A stretch of 64,000 nucleotides of DNA from assembly GCA_037379345.1 (NCBI GenBank), contig CM074515.1:8060001-8124000 (forward strand). Direction: 5' to 3'. The notes below the pieces were generated by a model that was not told where the DNA came from, made no database searches, and was given only the letters and a program-made list of their open reading frames with translations. Positions 31,201 to 42,908 of this stretch are shown here, in pieces. Position numbers and translations under genes: made by a program. How positions within the stretch are numbered: position 1 is the first letter of the stretch; each line of letters starts with the position of its first letter. Origin of the DNA: Perna viridis (taxonomy: Eukaryota).

Positions 31201-34200
31201 GTCTAAAATAAATCTGGCAAAATAGATATTACACCACCAGAGCAGCTGGTATCACAATGGTCTAGACTTGGTACAAGCATACATGTATCAAACAAAACGA
31301 TGGTTTAAATCTTGGTTTTACAGTGTGTTAAACCTCTACTTTCCATTACAGAGTAAGTATACAATGTACCAGTGGTGATTAAATAGCATTAGCATGCTAC
31401 TGCATCATCATCTGTAAATCACCAGTCACATCAGCACAAAGAACAATTTACAAAAAACAATCACTACTGATTATTTTAAAAGAAACTGGGTATTTTTTAA
31501 CCAAGGGCTGATATCTAAAAAAGAATTGGGTAAGCGACCTTTTTAGATGCATTGCCTCATACCCTTGATTCAGAAGTCTGTTACACAGATATTTATGGCT
31601 TTCAATCATATGATTACATAAAAAATGGAAGTTACAAAGTATTCTAATTTATCATCAATGAATATTTTGATATTTTTATATCAAATAAACATTAAAATTG
31701 TACAGATAACAAAAATACCTGACTTTGATTATAGACACAGGAATATTGGATTACACAAAAAGTCCCCTTTTGAAAACAGATTAAAATAAGAGGCTTCCAG
31801 GAGCTGAAAGAGTAATCAAGGAAACCAAGGTTATCGCAGTAATCAAAAGAATGTAATCCAGGGACAAAGACCAGACTTGCAAAACAGACATACACAACAA
31901 AGAACATAAAGTAACTAATATCATACATACTAAGTAACAAAAGCAAATGAGCAACTCGGACTCCACTAAAAACTAGGTGCATGGTCCAGGTGCACCAATA
32001 GAGTAAGCGTCCTCTGTTTTTCTAGAAACACCTGCTGAGTTGCTCATAAAAAGTCAAGTCCGGGGTAGACAAACGAGGAAAGGAAAACTATGACCCGTTG
32101 AATGAATCAGTTTTCATGGTGCAGATGGATACACCATAACGATCCACAAGTTCATGATGACAACCATAAAACTTCTGTAGTGATGACTTCAATTTTGTAT
32201 TAACATAAACCCACCTGGTTGAATTTTGCCTTTCAAAGGCAATAAATTTAACAAGAAGTTGTCCCACAATTTTGACTCAAGAAGTCTTTGGTAGGGCTGA
32301 TCATAAGGATCATTTCAACAATTGAAAGTTTCTTTTAATCTATCACTGTTTTCAAGATATTGACTGAAAACTTAAGGCCACTCCCCCTTCTATGTAGTAC
32401 CAAAAACATACTGAACCTAGAAATATGCATTGCAAGTGCATTATTTGTGTGTATTCTGATCAAAAGTCGTTAAAATAAAGCTGATGTGTACTTTAAAATC
32501 ATATATGTAATTTACTACAAAAGTGTATGAATATTGTTTACATGTGTGAGTAATTTGCCTCCATGCTGTCAGTTAGCAGAAAAGGTAAAAATGTTGATTT
32601 TCAGTATTTTTATTCAAGTAAATTTTGTGAAGAATTTCTACTGTCATCGTACATTAGAATAATGATTTTGAAAGCCTTATTTTCCAAGCTTCGCAATGAT
32701 ATGCAACTTTCAGGTGTCATTTGTCCTGGGAATTCACAGTGAAACATAGAAAATTACTTGTTTAACAAGTAAAGTAATGGAAACTTTAAAAGTGGTTAGT
32801 GAGACCTCATCTGACAACTTTTATCCTTGAAGTCTTTTGTAGTCCTAATAATAAGGATCATTTCAGCTATTGAAAGAATTTGGCTAAACCTAACGGTTTT
32901 GGAGTTATATGCCAAAAACTACTGCCTGACCAGTCCTCGACATTAGCCACTAGCCCGAAGCCCTGGGCTAGTATAGTCAGCCTCGGGCTAGTACAGTTTA
33001 AATGTCCGTAGTGCGACCGGGCTAGTTAGATTCGAGTTGTGAAGGTGTAGGATTAAAGTGTTTCAATGACCAACAGTACGTTGTTGTGTTTACATTCTGT
33101 TATTACAAATATTGTTAATATAATTACAAAGTTACGACAATGTCACTATTGTTTATTTTTGTAATTATTTACTTTCAAGACCTTTTGTCCTTTCGTGTCA
33201 AATCATTCCGAGTTAAACCTGACGATATCTGCAAACGGGGCGTTAATTAAAAACAGCAATAGGCTGCAACGTTTATTTTATGTTAGAGTTACTATAAAAA
33301 ACGATGATTAAAAGTAAAACTAAATAAAAACTAATCGATTTATATAATAAAATCTTTCACAAATACTTGTAGAACAACATAATATTTAGTTGTCAAATTA
33401 AAATTACCGTGGTTCTTATTTTGATTTGAGGGTCGTAGTTGTCCGTCGATTTTCGGTATTGAAATTTTAGCGATGTCAATCAAACTCCTCAGATAATTTG
33501 CATGTCTTTTTTTCTGAATTTTTCGGGCTACTGTCTGACCCCTATGTTCTATTTTTAGTAACAGCTGCCATGTTTTTCAACAAATCAAAAATCCCCACAT
33601 CAGTTCTATGCAGGAGATCCCAAGCAACATTTATACCAAGTTTGGTTAATCAGTCAAGTTGTTTCAGAGAAGAAGAGTTTTGTATAATTGTTAACAACGA
33701 CAATGATGACGGATGCCAAGTGATGGTAATAACTCACATGGCCTTAGGCCAGGTGAGCTAAAAATTTAAAAGATCAATTTTACTATAAAAAAAATTCAAA
33801 TGTGATTGACTCTAGCCTTGCCATCATTATTTGATACATGTATACTAACTTACAGCTGGAACTATCAAGTAATAAAACAGAAATCTGCAAAGTAGTATTG
33901 GGTTTTAGGGAACAGTTGGTATTTTAAAACCTTACCCACAGTAATTCTAAATATACAGGAAAAGAAAATTCACAAAATGTTATTCCTCTAATATGGAGTA
34001 GGCAATGCCTAAATCAGCTAGCACTGTGAGCTTTACTATACATGTACCGTCTGTGCGAGACTCATAAAAATAATAAAGGACATTACAAAGAGGGGGGTTG
34101 ATCCGGATGAAAATTTTTGCTTTGCATGTGCAACATTTTAATTTACATTTAAGCAGCAAGTGAAATCAATGTTTCTATTTGAAAATATGTCTCGTTAATG

Positions 34201-35366
34201 AATAGGGGAGTTTTTTTTAATAAATGAATAAGTTAAAATTTTTTCTCCCCAAAATATTCCAATCCCATACCCCCTTTCCCCTCGCTCTCAAAATGCTCGA
34301 TAACTTTACAGCACTTCGCAACAATTCATATTTTTTTTATCCCTTAAGGGCTTCTCTAGCAACATCCATTTCAGTTTTGGTCGGTCAGATCTATCTGTAC
34401 AGATACTGGAAATATTACAGTTCTCAACAGATGGTGGGAATAATTTACACATATCATGGGACATAAACAAAATTCAGACGACAGCTGCAAATTCAAAACA
34501 AGAAAATGATTGCCTTTCCTACCTTAGAAAAGCTATGCTTCGATTTTGATAATGTAATCAGAGTTATATTTTTTTCCAAGGTGGGTTAGGTTCTTGGCAA
34601 CAGTGGACATACAAGTATGTACATTCACATGTTTCCCAAAGTTTTTAAAAATATCACATTCACTTCTTTAAATAAGTAAAAAAATAGAGAAAGACTTGAA
34701 AACTATCATAAAAGATAATTTATTTTTACTGTAATGTAATCTTAACCTATATTTTTTTTATATGTTTGATTGAAGGGAATGATGAATTTTCTACAGAAGG
34801 ACAGTCACTTTTTGTGACGTCCGGCACATGACTTTTTTTTCATTAGTATATATGGGAACCTTAAGAGAAATTTAGTAAATTCGTGTAATAACCATATAGA
34901 TCACACCGCTTTGCGGTGCTTGCTATTATGAATTGCAATTCTTAATGTTATAGAACCACTTACTATTAGACAATCAAATTTACACATACAGATTTCCAAT
35001 CATGAAATTGGAATCTGTCGTCCAAACATTCAATTGACATTGGAAATTTTAAAAAAACAAAACGGACATAATAAAAAAAATAATATGAAGATTTTGGTGT
35101 AACTTTCAATAACCCAAAGCATCAAAATACAGTACTTTAATTAACACAACCTTGGACACTGACTGCAATTAAAAAAAATAAGAGGTTGCAAATCATAGAA
35201 CGAGTTTCAACAACTCATGGACACATGCCTCAAGGGTGTAGTTTTCTAACATTCTCTGATAATTCCCGAGAGCTTCATCTTTGGCTTTCTTGTCCATGTT
35301 GAGGTCAAGGCAGAGCTCCTCGAACTGAGTTTCAACAGCATCATCTCCATCCTCAGAAAGGCCCAT
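10241..35366 (-). CDS. RBL1: Retinoblastoma-like pocket protein (p107/p130 type), N-terminal exons 1-7: 35229-35366, 25303-25436, 22638-22838, 22255-22319, 12994-13119, 12236-12396, 10241-10305; gene presumably continues beyond position 1
   Basis: Spliced translation MGLSEDGDDAVETQFEELCLDLNMDKKAKDEALGNYQRMLENYTLE|GNQLHWLVCSLYEACRRS...GNCVSLTRLLRSSKFS|LIQFFNKMKKWSDM...RLERNFAVSTVIFKKFEPIF...|RLPCSSSEVFNFCWTMFIHVKG|HFPAISDDLVNSYHLLICCLD...|GLPEDY...KEHWWKPHIKKLFEKK|VLKGK matches the RBL1/RBL2 N-terminal domain. All exon phases are compatible. Confidence 0.93.
14374..16170 (+). repeat. Two adjacent degenerate HINE-like repeats (about 14374-14922 and 15257-16170) with internal tandem units; related fragments at ~19150-19295 and ~33535-33763
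   Basis: Shared starts (ctagaggttctaaagagc / ctaggggctctagagaacc...tcacctgg), repeated agggtttcaatgg and gagggcattgaggtcattt units, and agctcac...ggtgagct ends. Confidence 0.55.
19564..19648. repeat. 41-bp tandem duplication
   Basis: acagatttatatgcc.aactttcttcagacctgtttac.ct x2. Confidence 0.85.
22946..23839. mobile_element. Tc1/mariner/pogo-type MITE
   Basis: TIRs CCGTATTCTTCCGTGTAT / ATACACGGAAGAATATGG; TA target duplication. Confidence 0.85.
26960..27262. repeat. Interspersed repeat, second copy at ~32375-32807
   Basis: Shared caaaaacat.ctgaacctaga, aaaataaagctg, ttttccaagct, catttgtcctggga and aagtggttagtgagacct. Confidence 0.7.
27581..28694. mobile_element. Non-autonomous TIR DNA transposon with 8-bp target site duplication
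   Basis: 27-bp TIRs GG..TGTTCCCATTTCGCCTTAGCTGT; AAAATTTA on both flanks; subterminal CCCATTTCGCCTTAG repeats at ~27632, ~27663 (inverted) and ~28623. Confidence 0.88.
30020..30101. repeat. Perfect 41-bp tandem duplication
   Basis: aaaatatgacagtattaagtccagtgatgagttatctttgt x2. Confidence 0.9.
31805..32195 (-). mobile_element. Solo copy of the same Penelope-like terminal repeat
   Basis: Colinear with 35930-36300 (gagtaatcaagg...aaagcaaatgagcaact...ccaggtgcacc...gttcatgatgac...gacttca). Confidence 0.78.
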
Positions 35367-35440
35367 TTTCAGGGGGAAATCACTGATATCAATTTCATCA
35401 ACAATGGCCGTTCATGCAATCAATGTCAAACAAAAGCTTA

Positions 35441-35452
35441 TGGCGGGAAAAA
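35441..35452 (-). promoter_or_regulatory. E2F-binding site in RBL promoter/5' UTR
   Basis: TTTTTCCCGCCA on the minus strand, matching the TTTSSCGC consensus, about 75 bp upstream of the ATG. Confidence 0.65.
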
Positions 35453-35929
35453 CCAAGGAAATTAAATTGCTCATACATGTAGATGGTAATGAAAACGGTC
35501 GATATTATTTTGCTTTTAGGTTTATCTTTTGTTCCTTTTGAATGTTCGATCGTGATTCGATAGGAAACACATTCACATTTCTTAATATATGCTGTTTGTT
35601 TTTGTTGACTTGTTTGTTTATATTTTCAGCAAACGCTTTCTGCACCACGATCGATTACATCCGTTTTGTCATATTTTTCAATCTTTGCCAAGTTCAGTCA
35701 GTTTTAAGATTTTTTTCGTTCACTTTCGTTTGAAGAACAGAAAATATATGTGCATATTACTGTGTACGGGTTCCTTTTTGCACATCTTTCGAAAATTTCG
35801 GCATTTATAAGAAAGAACATTAAAGTGAAAGTAGATAATACAAACATTGCTACTTTCGTTTTGATAATTGTCAGTTATAATTATATTTAGATAAAGTTTA
35901 TTTTGAAAATACCTCATTAGTTGACAGTA

Positions 35930-38535
35930 AGAGAGAGTAATCAAGGGAACCAATGTTATATCGGAAATATAAAGAAAGTTATCCAGGGACAAAGACTATA
36001 CGTGAAAAACAGAAATACACAACAAAGAATATTTAGTATCTAAAACAATACATACAAAGTAACAAAAGCAAATGAGCAACTAGGACCCCACTAAAAACTG
36101 GGATCATGGACCAGGTGCACCGGTAGGGTAAGTGTCCTCTGCTTTTTTAGAAACACCCGCCCAGTTGCTCATAAATAGTCGAGTCCGGGGTAGACGAAAG
36201 AGGAAAGGAAAACTGACACGTTGAAGAAATCAGTTTTCATGGCGCAGATCCACGAGTTCATGATGACGGCCATAAAACTTCTGTTGTGGTGACTTCAGTC
36301 TGGGAGCAACAGAACCCTGTTTCAGAAGCCTATTTGTTAGAACTCTAGCGAGATACAAAAAAAAATGTGGTATTAAAAATTACAAAACATGCAACATTCT
36401 AATAACCGACTCTTTCTTCACTAGTACCCTTACGAACAAAACCTTTCACAAAAGAAGTCACGATGACTTAAGTTAAAAATCAACAAATTTAATTTATGGA
36501 TTAGAATGCAACTTATGCAGTCTAGTATATGTCGGTGAAACACAAGAACGATTAAACAAATGAGTGTGCGGTCATCGTTCGGGAATTAATACCATGGAAT
36601 TCCCGACAGTTTATCAACAATTTAATCAAAAAGATAATTCAATCCTCTCTATGAAAGTTCGCATTCTAGAAAAAAACTTTACCATCCAACGAATAATCCC
36701 GTTCAAAGTAAAAACTATCGTAGGGAAATAGAGGAATACTGGATATGCAGACTAAGTACTGCAATACCTTACGGGTGCAATGACATCAAAAGTATAGGAA
36801 ACCTTTCAAGCCAATATAACAATAGTATAAATGTAATAAATATATTTGACAAAAATCAAAGACGGGAAAGGAGTCATGGCCATCGCCACTATAGGTCACC
36901 TAAGACACATGATGTCTCCATAGATGGTCTTCTTCCTTCTATACAAAGACCTCTTGGACTTAATCACATTCGAACCAAACTCTATTCAATACCATTAACT
37001 CTACTACAACCCCTTTACAAAACAAATATTAATACACCGGTTTCTGAACCCATCTCATCTCTATACAGACTTGTTGCCATCATTTTGGATATTGGTTTCC
37101 ACAGACTCTAGCTTTAAATCAGTTTGTACAAAAAGTCAAGATGAAGAAAAAAGATCATTTCTTCCACTACCGTATGTCAACAAATGTATAGATGCAATTA
37201 ATTTGACTAACGTTCTCCATCACAAAAACGTAACCAACAGAATTCCCCCATATTTCAAGGACAAATGAATACCGATTATTTCATATTCCTATACTTCACC
37301 CATTGCATCCAAAATTTTCAGCTATATAAGGTTATTGCAGAACCTCAAGATTAAGGACTTCAAGGCTAAACTGGCTGATTGTTTTTGCAAAAAAAAAACT
37401 CCATTCAAATATGGTCCTTCCGGTTACGGGATATTTCTATTGAAAACAAATCTCAGCGTAAATCTCCTTTATAAAGGTCCCAAGTACAGTGAACCACGCT
37501 CCATTAATAATTGGAATTATGACTTTAATGTTATTATGGATGCAGTGGAGAACTACGCAAGATAATGTATCAAACGAGAACAAGAAGACATTGATTCTCT
37601 GTCAGAATGGATAAAGGCCGTGAGGTCTTTTTGAAACGAATGAAACTTTTAAGTAGGTCAAGAGTGCCGATGCTACATCAGTTTTCAAGGACTCCCATGT
37701 AGCCAAACATTGTCTAATATGCATGACAGATATGTTGCCGTTCCAGCAGACAAAGCCCAAAACAACATTGTTTTTGTCTGCAAAATGTATTACATCCAAT
37801 GTTTATCAGATGAAGACGTAAAAATAATAGCAGTGACTACCTATACTGCCACTACACTCTCAAAAAAAAAAAGAGATGGTGGATAACCATAAATCTGTGC
37901 TATCCTCTTTGGTATCTCTACCAAAGATGATTGTGATTTACCGTCTATGTAGTTGATTCCTAAACTCCACAAGAATCCATACTAACAACGTTACATAGCT
38001 AGATCTGCAAAATGTACAACGAAACCTCTTTCAAAACTTTAACTTCTATACTCACAGCTGTCAAAGAAGGTCTCCAGGTCTTACCACAGCACTTGTTACT
38101 CCCGTAGTGGTACTTATTCAATGTGGATCCTGGAACAAGGTTATGTTGCTACAAGATTGAAGTCATCACTACAGAGGTTTCATGGTCGCCATCATGAACT
38201 CGTGGGTCGTTATGGTGTATCCATCTGGACCATGAAAACCGATTTGTTTATCGTTTAACTAGTTTTCCTTTCCTCTACCCCAGACTTGACTATTTATGAG
38301 CAACTCGGCGGGCGTTTCTGGAAAAGCAGAGGACACTTACACTACCGGTGTACCTGGTCCATGCTCCCAGTTTTCAGTAGAGTCAGAGTTGCTCATTTGC
38401 TTTTGTCACTTTGTATGTATTGTTTTAGTTACTTAATGTACTTTTTTTGTGTAAGTCTGTTTTCCACGTTTGGTCTTTGTCCCTGGATAACTATCTTACG
38501 ATTTCCGATTGAACATTGGTTCCCTTGATTATGTG
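35930..38535 (+). mobile_element. Decayed Penelope-like retroelement with N-terminal GIY-YIG endonuclease (Naiad/Chlamys-type architecture), internally deleted, bounded by ~400 bp inverted repeats
   Basis: Interrupted translation: CGIKNYKTC, NLIYGLECNLCSLVYVGET, EEYWICRLSTAIPYGCND (36370-36790); VPADKAQNNIVFVCK, IPKLHKNPY*QRYIARSAKCTTKPLSK (37740-38040); QGYVATRLKSSLQRFHGRHHELV (38135-38205). Segment 35930-36325 is an inverted copy of 38130-38535. Confidence 0.82.
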
Positions 38536-39895
38536 CTCTCGATACACAACAACATGGCCATGTAAACAAAAGATGCCAATTTCCTTTTTTCTTTTCAAAG
38601 TGTTTAGGAAGTATCCGGAAATATTGTTTGGGAATTTAAAATGTCCTTTTATAAGGTAAATCAGCTTAAAAATGTTGAAAACATTTGACCTTTGACCAGT
38701 CAGTTTTGATTGTTTCAGTATAAGATATTTGCCTCGGATTGACACCTTCCTTCAAAATTAATTTGTGGCCAGGTGGGGTGACTGATAAAGAATCTTGTCA
38801 GAATTGGCTTCAGACACCCGTGAGGTCATGCGGTGATCAACAAACCATAGCATATTTACTGCTATCGGTTTCAAGAGCTAATTACCTTGTACACACTTTT
38901 CTTATCGCAATTGATTTTTAATCCTCATTTTAAACTTTTTTGCACAGCGCTGGTAGCAAGAAAGAACAGTAATGAGGTCAATGGAGCTTAAACACGATAG
39001 CGCTGTAAAGCACAGCACTTTAAGGGCCTAGGGAGAACTCAGAAATAAATTAATGTAGAGAGAAACTGTAAACAGGTTAATTGTGCAAGATCATCAGGCG
39101 TACACTTATTCCTATGTCATTCCAACATAATTTGACAATAAACACACATGTAGAGGTACTCTGAGCATGTGATTATACACGACATTTCTGAGCTAATTAG
39201 GCACACAAGAAATTGAAATCAGGGCTGCTAGACTACCATGCAATGTTATGTATTGGTGACATTCAGAGTATTCTTTTGTCAAAAAGAGAGAAACTAACAT
39301 TCTTTTAGTTTATTAACTTTTTTTTAAAATTATGGGAACTTCAAAGAATCCAGTAGTTTTCTCTCTTTGTTTGTATTAAGAGAAATAACAAAAACACTAT
39401 TATCTGAACACCAAAATACTTTTGTATTGTTTTCATTGCATAGTAAATAACTGTCCGTGTGAAAGTTGGAGTGATCTACTGAATATTTCGCAATAAAATT
39501 GACTATGAATTAATCTACAAGCTAGTAATTCTAAACATATGCAATAGTTTCCTATTGGAAGTTATTTAGAAAAACATTTGCACAATTCTTGATTAAATAT
39601 GCTGGTCACACAGATTTAACTATAGAGGCAGGATACATTATTCAGATAACAATCAGCAATTATTAGAGGGACTTCATTAAGAGTTAATTAGCTATCAATA
39701 ATAATAAAATCACGATCTTAATGCAGTTTTTGTATTGCAATATAATATTTCTTTTACTTTTAATAAATGTGAAAAATATTGCTTTTTCATGTATATTTAA
39801 AGAGTAAATTATCTTTTTGTTAACTAATACCTGTAGCAGAAATAGATGCACAGCAATGAACAAAGATCAAATGCATTACACAAAATGTCTATTCG

Positions 39896-39901
39896 TTTAT
39901 T
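39896..39901 (-). terminator. Candidate polyadenylation signal of the CHD gene (about 2 kb 3' UTR)
   Basis: AATAAA on the minus strand followed by U/GU-rich sequence; the intervening 39.9-41.9 kb shows no obvious transposon. Confidence 0.35.
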
Positions 39902-41888
39902 GAAAATTCCCATCACATCAATCAATGAGAAAATGTCACATGTCAAATTCATCCAAAAATAAATATCTACAAATAACACACACAGCTTCATTACAAAAGG
40001 CCATGAAATACAAGAGCTTCAAAAGAAGAAATAGAATCTTGAAATCTCTACAAATTGTATTCATAGAGTTTACATATTAATTGGGGTTGTATGAAACAAA
40101 ACCCTTTAAAAAGATTCTTTGATCTAAGATTTAATGAATGGTTTATAAACCCTGTCAATACAAATGTGTAACAACCAAGAAATGTTGAATGAACATGATT
40201 TAAAAACATAACTATTTCAATATACCATTCAAATTTTCTGTTGACATTTCATAGTGTTTTGAGTTCAATGTCTACCATAAAACATCACACCTTCAGAAAA
40301 TTATATAAAATGAATCAATATAACCAACTGCATGGAATCTGCTCACTACATAGAACTTAAGGATATTTAACATACAGTCCAACTGCTTTGATTGTAAAAA
40401 GCTTTCTTCAAAAATTTCCTCTTAACATCAAAGTATTTGTAATTCACTTGAATCCCAAAATTTTTTAAAGTTTAATCATTATAGATATACACATTATCAC
40501 CAAAATAGGTTATCAAATATGAACAAGAATCCAATTTATAACTAAAAATACATAAAATAGAATCAAACATACATTGGTCAAAAACAAGAAGGTCTAATTT
40601 ATGATGTATATGCATTAAAAAATCCAGCATTTTCAAAAAACTGAAAACCTGTACTCTAAGATATTTTGATTCCCCTATGTAATATTTTTATTGCTGAAAA
40701 CATCTGTTAATATAGGTCATTTAACAACCAAAAACTGAGTAAAGTTAAAATATCAATTAAAGCTACTTATACTTGAGTACAAAAAACTCGTAGCATATAA
40801 TTAATTAAATCAAGATTAACAGCATAATAGCCAATACAATACATAAAACTGTAAAATGTTTGTCTGTCTAAAGCTTGTGCAAAAGTTGCAATAAAAAAAC
40901 CAACAATACACAGTTTTAAATAATAAACAAAACAAAAAAAAAACAATTAAGTATTTAAATATTTACTTTGTAGCAATTCCAACTGATCCAGATTTTAACA
41001 GTAAAAAGAATGTAGACAGAAAAGATTTGAAATAAATTTTTTTTACATCTCCTTGTATTTCATTTACAAACATTTATATTTGTTTAGAAGAAAATAAGAA
41101 AAGAAATGGCCTGATTATTGCTGCTGTTTCACACACACTTCAATAAATAACAGACTACCATAAAGCAGTACAATGACATTGTAATACTTGTTGCCCCTGA
41201 GATGTCATACATTATTCTAAATATCAATTAAGGAAAACCCAAACTCTTCTATACAATTACAGCTTTATATTGAACATAAAACAAATGCCTAAATACCAAG
41301 GTTATCATTTGATAATGTAATGTGAATTAGTTTTTTTCAGAATTTCGTTGAAAAAGCAAATTAGCTTCAAAACGATTCATGGCCCATTAATGTTATTGAC
41401 AAGGACAGCCTACATACAGTTTCTATACATGAACTTTTCACAGTAAATCAGACATGTAAAACACAAATGCTCATGATTATGACTGACTGCACTGATTCAA
41501 TACAAAATGTTGGGAATAAATTAGTGTTAACAAATTCATCAATTATCATAATTAGCTAAAGGTATGTACAGTAACTATTCAAATATCAAGCTGTAATGCT
41601 ATGATAGCTTACAGTAAAATATATCAACAACAGTTAAATTATTTACATTAAAAACCTGAAAAAAATGTCCGGCAGGCATGAATGAATATTTTCTACACAT
41701 AAATAATATGTATAAATAGTCTTAAGTACCATCCATACAATAAATTAAGATTGTACAAGCTTCAAATTAAATAGTTGTAACAGTGAAATATGTACAAACT
41801 AGATATGGTGGTCATTAAAAGGGGGGAATGATGCAACACTACCGAAAACAACTGGCCTTCACAACACTGAGATTATGTACAGATGTCT

Positions 41889-42908
41889 TTACTTTTCATC
41901 TTCAATATCATCACATCTTACGTCTGACGCTACACTGAGATCAGCAGCACTATCATCATCAATTGATTGATTCTCAGAAGGGGTTTCCTTGTCCTCAACT
42001 AATTTGTTCAGAATACTATCCAATTTTGATTTTTTGTCCTTTCTTGACCTATCTTCCATTTTGTTCACCTTGTCCTTAAGAGAATCAACTATTTTACTCA
42101 ATTTAAACGAACTCTGTATCTTAGGTTTTGATTTACAGGCTTCACTTGAGATGTGCTTACTTTTCACAGAGAGGTCAGCAGGTTCTTTAGTTTTCATTGA
42201 CAAGTCAGTGGGTTCATCCTGTACGTTGCTTGCACTATAATGCTTGGAGGCACTACGATGTTTGTCATGTTTAGAGGAATGTGATCGTTCACTATGTTTG
42301 GTTTTAACACTGAGATCTTGGGGCAAGTCCAGGTGACCACTACTACTACTCCTTCTTTCCTTATGACTGTAACGTTTTATCTCACCCTCCTCCAAATCTG
42401 AATCACCAGTTGATCCATTAACCAACCCAGAGTGAGCAAGAGCTCCAAACGAGGTTGGTAGACTAGTTGGCAGTGAAAATCCTAGACTTTGAGCTTGAGC
42501 AGCAAATAATGGATTTAATAACATGGGATTGTACATGAAAGGAAATGATGGATGAGGTATGCTGGGTGATTTTGATTCTGATTTACTGGAGTCCTTAGAT
42601 TTTGGAGATTTACTGTCTTTTGATGATGATTCTGAGTCTTTAGAATGAGGTGGGGTTAACCCTGGTAAGTAACCTGCCATGCCAAGTAGAGGATTCCCAA
42701 AGTTTGGCAAGGCTCCAAATGGCATTCCAAGAGGTAGTTTTGGCAGTCCAGACATAAGACTAGGATTTGCGAATCCTGAAAGTCCAGCCAGTGAAGCTGT
42801 GCTAAATGGAATGTCTGATCCCAAAAGAGATGATGTTATTGGGTCCTTTGGTTTACGTCCTCTGCTGGGAGTCACAATACGACCCTGTAAAGATTTGGGA
42901 AGGTTTAC
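41889..42908 (-). CDS. CHD7: Terminal coding exon of the CHD7/Kismet-like gene
   Basis: Acceptor tttacag at 42909-42915; 1020 nt open frame to TAA; Ser/Lys/Pro-rich, with PQDLS, PTDLS and PADLS motifs. Confidence 0.88.
   Translation of the reverse strand, partial: VNLPKSLQGRIVTPSRGRKPKDPITSSLLGSDIPFSTASLAGLSGFANPSLMSGLPKLPLGMPFGALPNFGNPLLGMAGYLPGLTPPHSKDSESSSKDSKSPKSKDSSKSESKSPSIPHPSFPFMYNPMLLNPLFAAQAQSLGFSLPTSLPTSFGALAHSGLVNGSTGDSDLEEGEIKRYSHKERRSSSSGHLDLPQDLSVKTKHSERSHSSKHDKHRSASKHYSASNVQDEPTDLSMKTKEPADLSVKSKHISSEACKSKPKIQSSFKLSKIVDSLKDKVNKMEDRSRKDKKSKLDSILNKLVEDKETPSENQSIDDDSAADLSVASDVRCDDIEDEK

Noticed and set aside
36550-37270. In-frame TGA codons as selenocysteine (reported for some Naiad elements)
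   Set aside because: The TGAs fall where Arg or Ser would be expected, not Cys; the copy also has TAA/TAG stops and frameshifts; no convincing SECIS seen.
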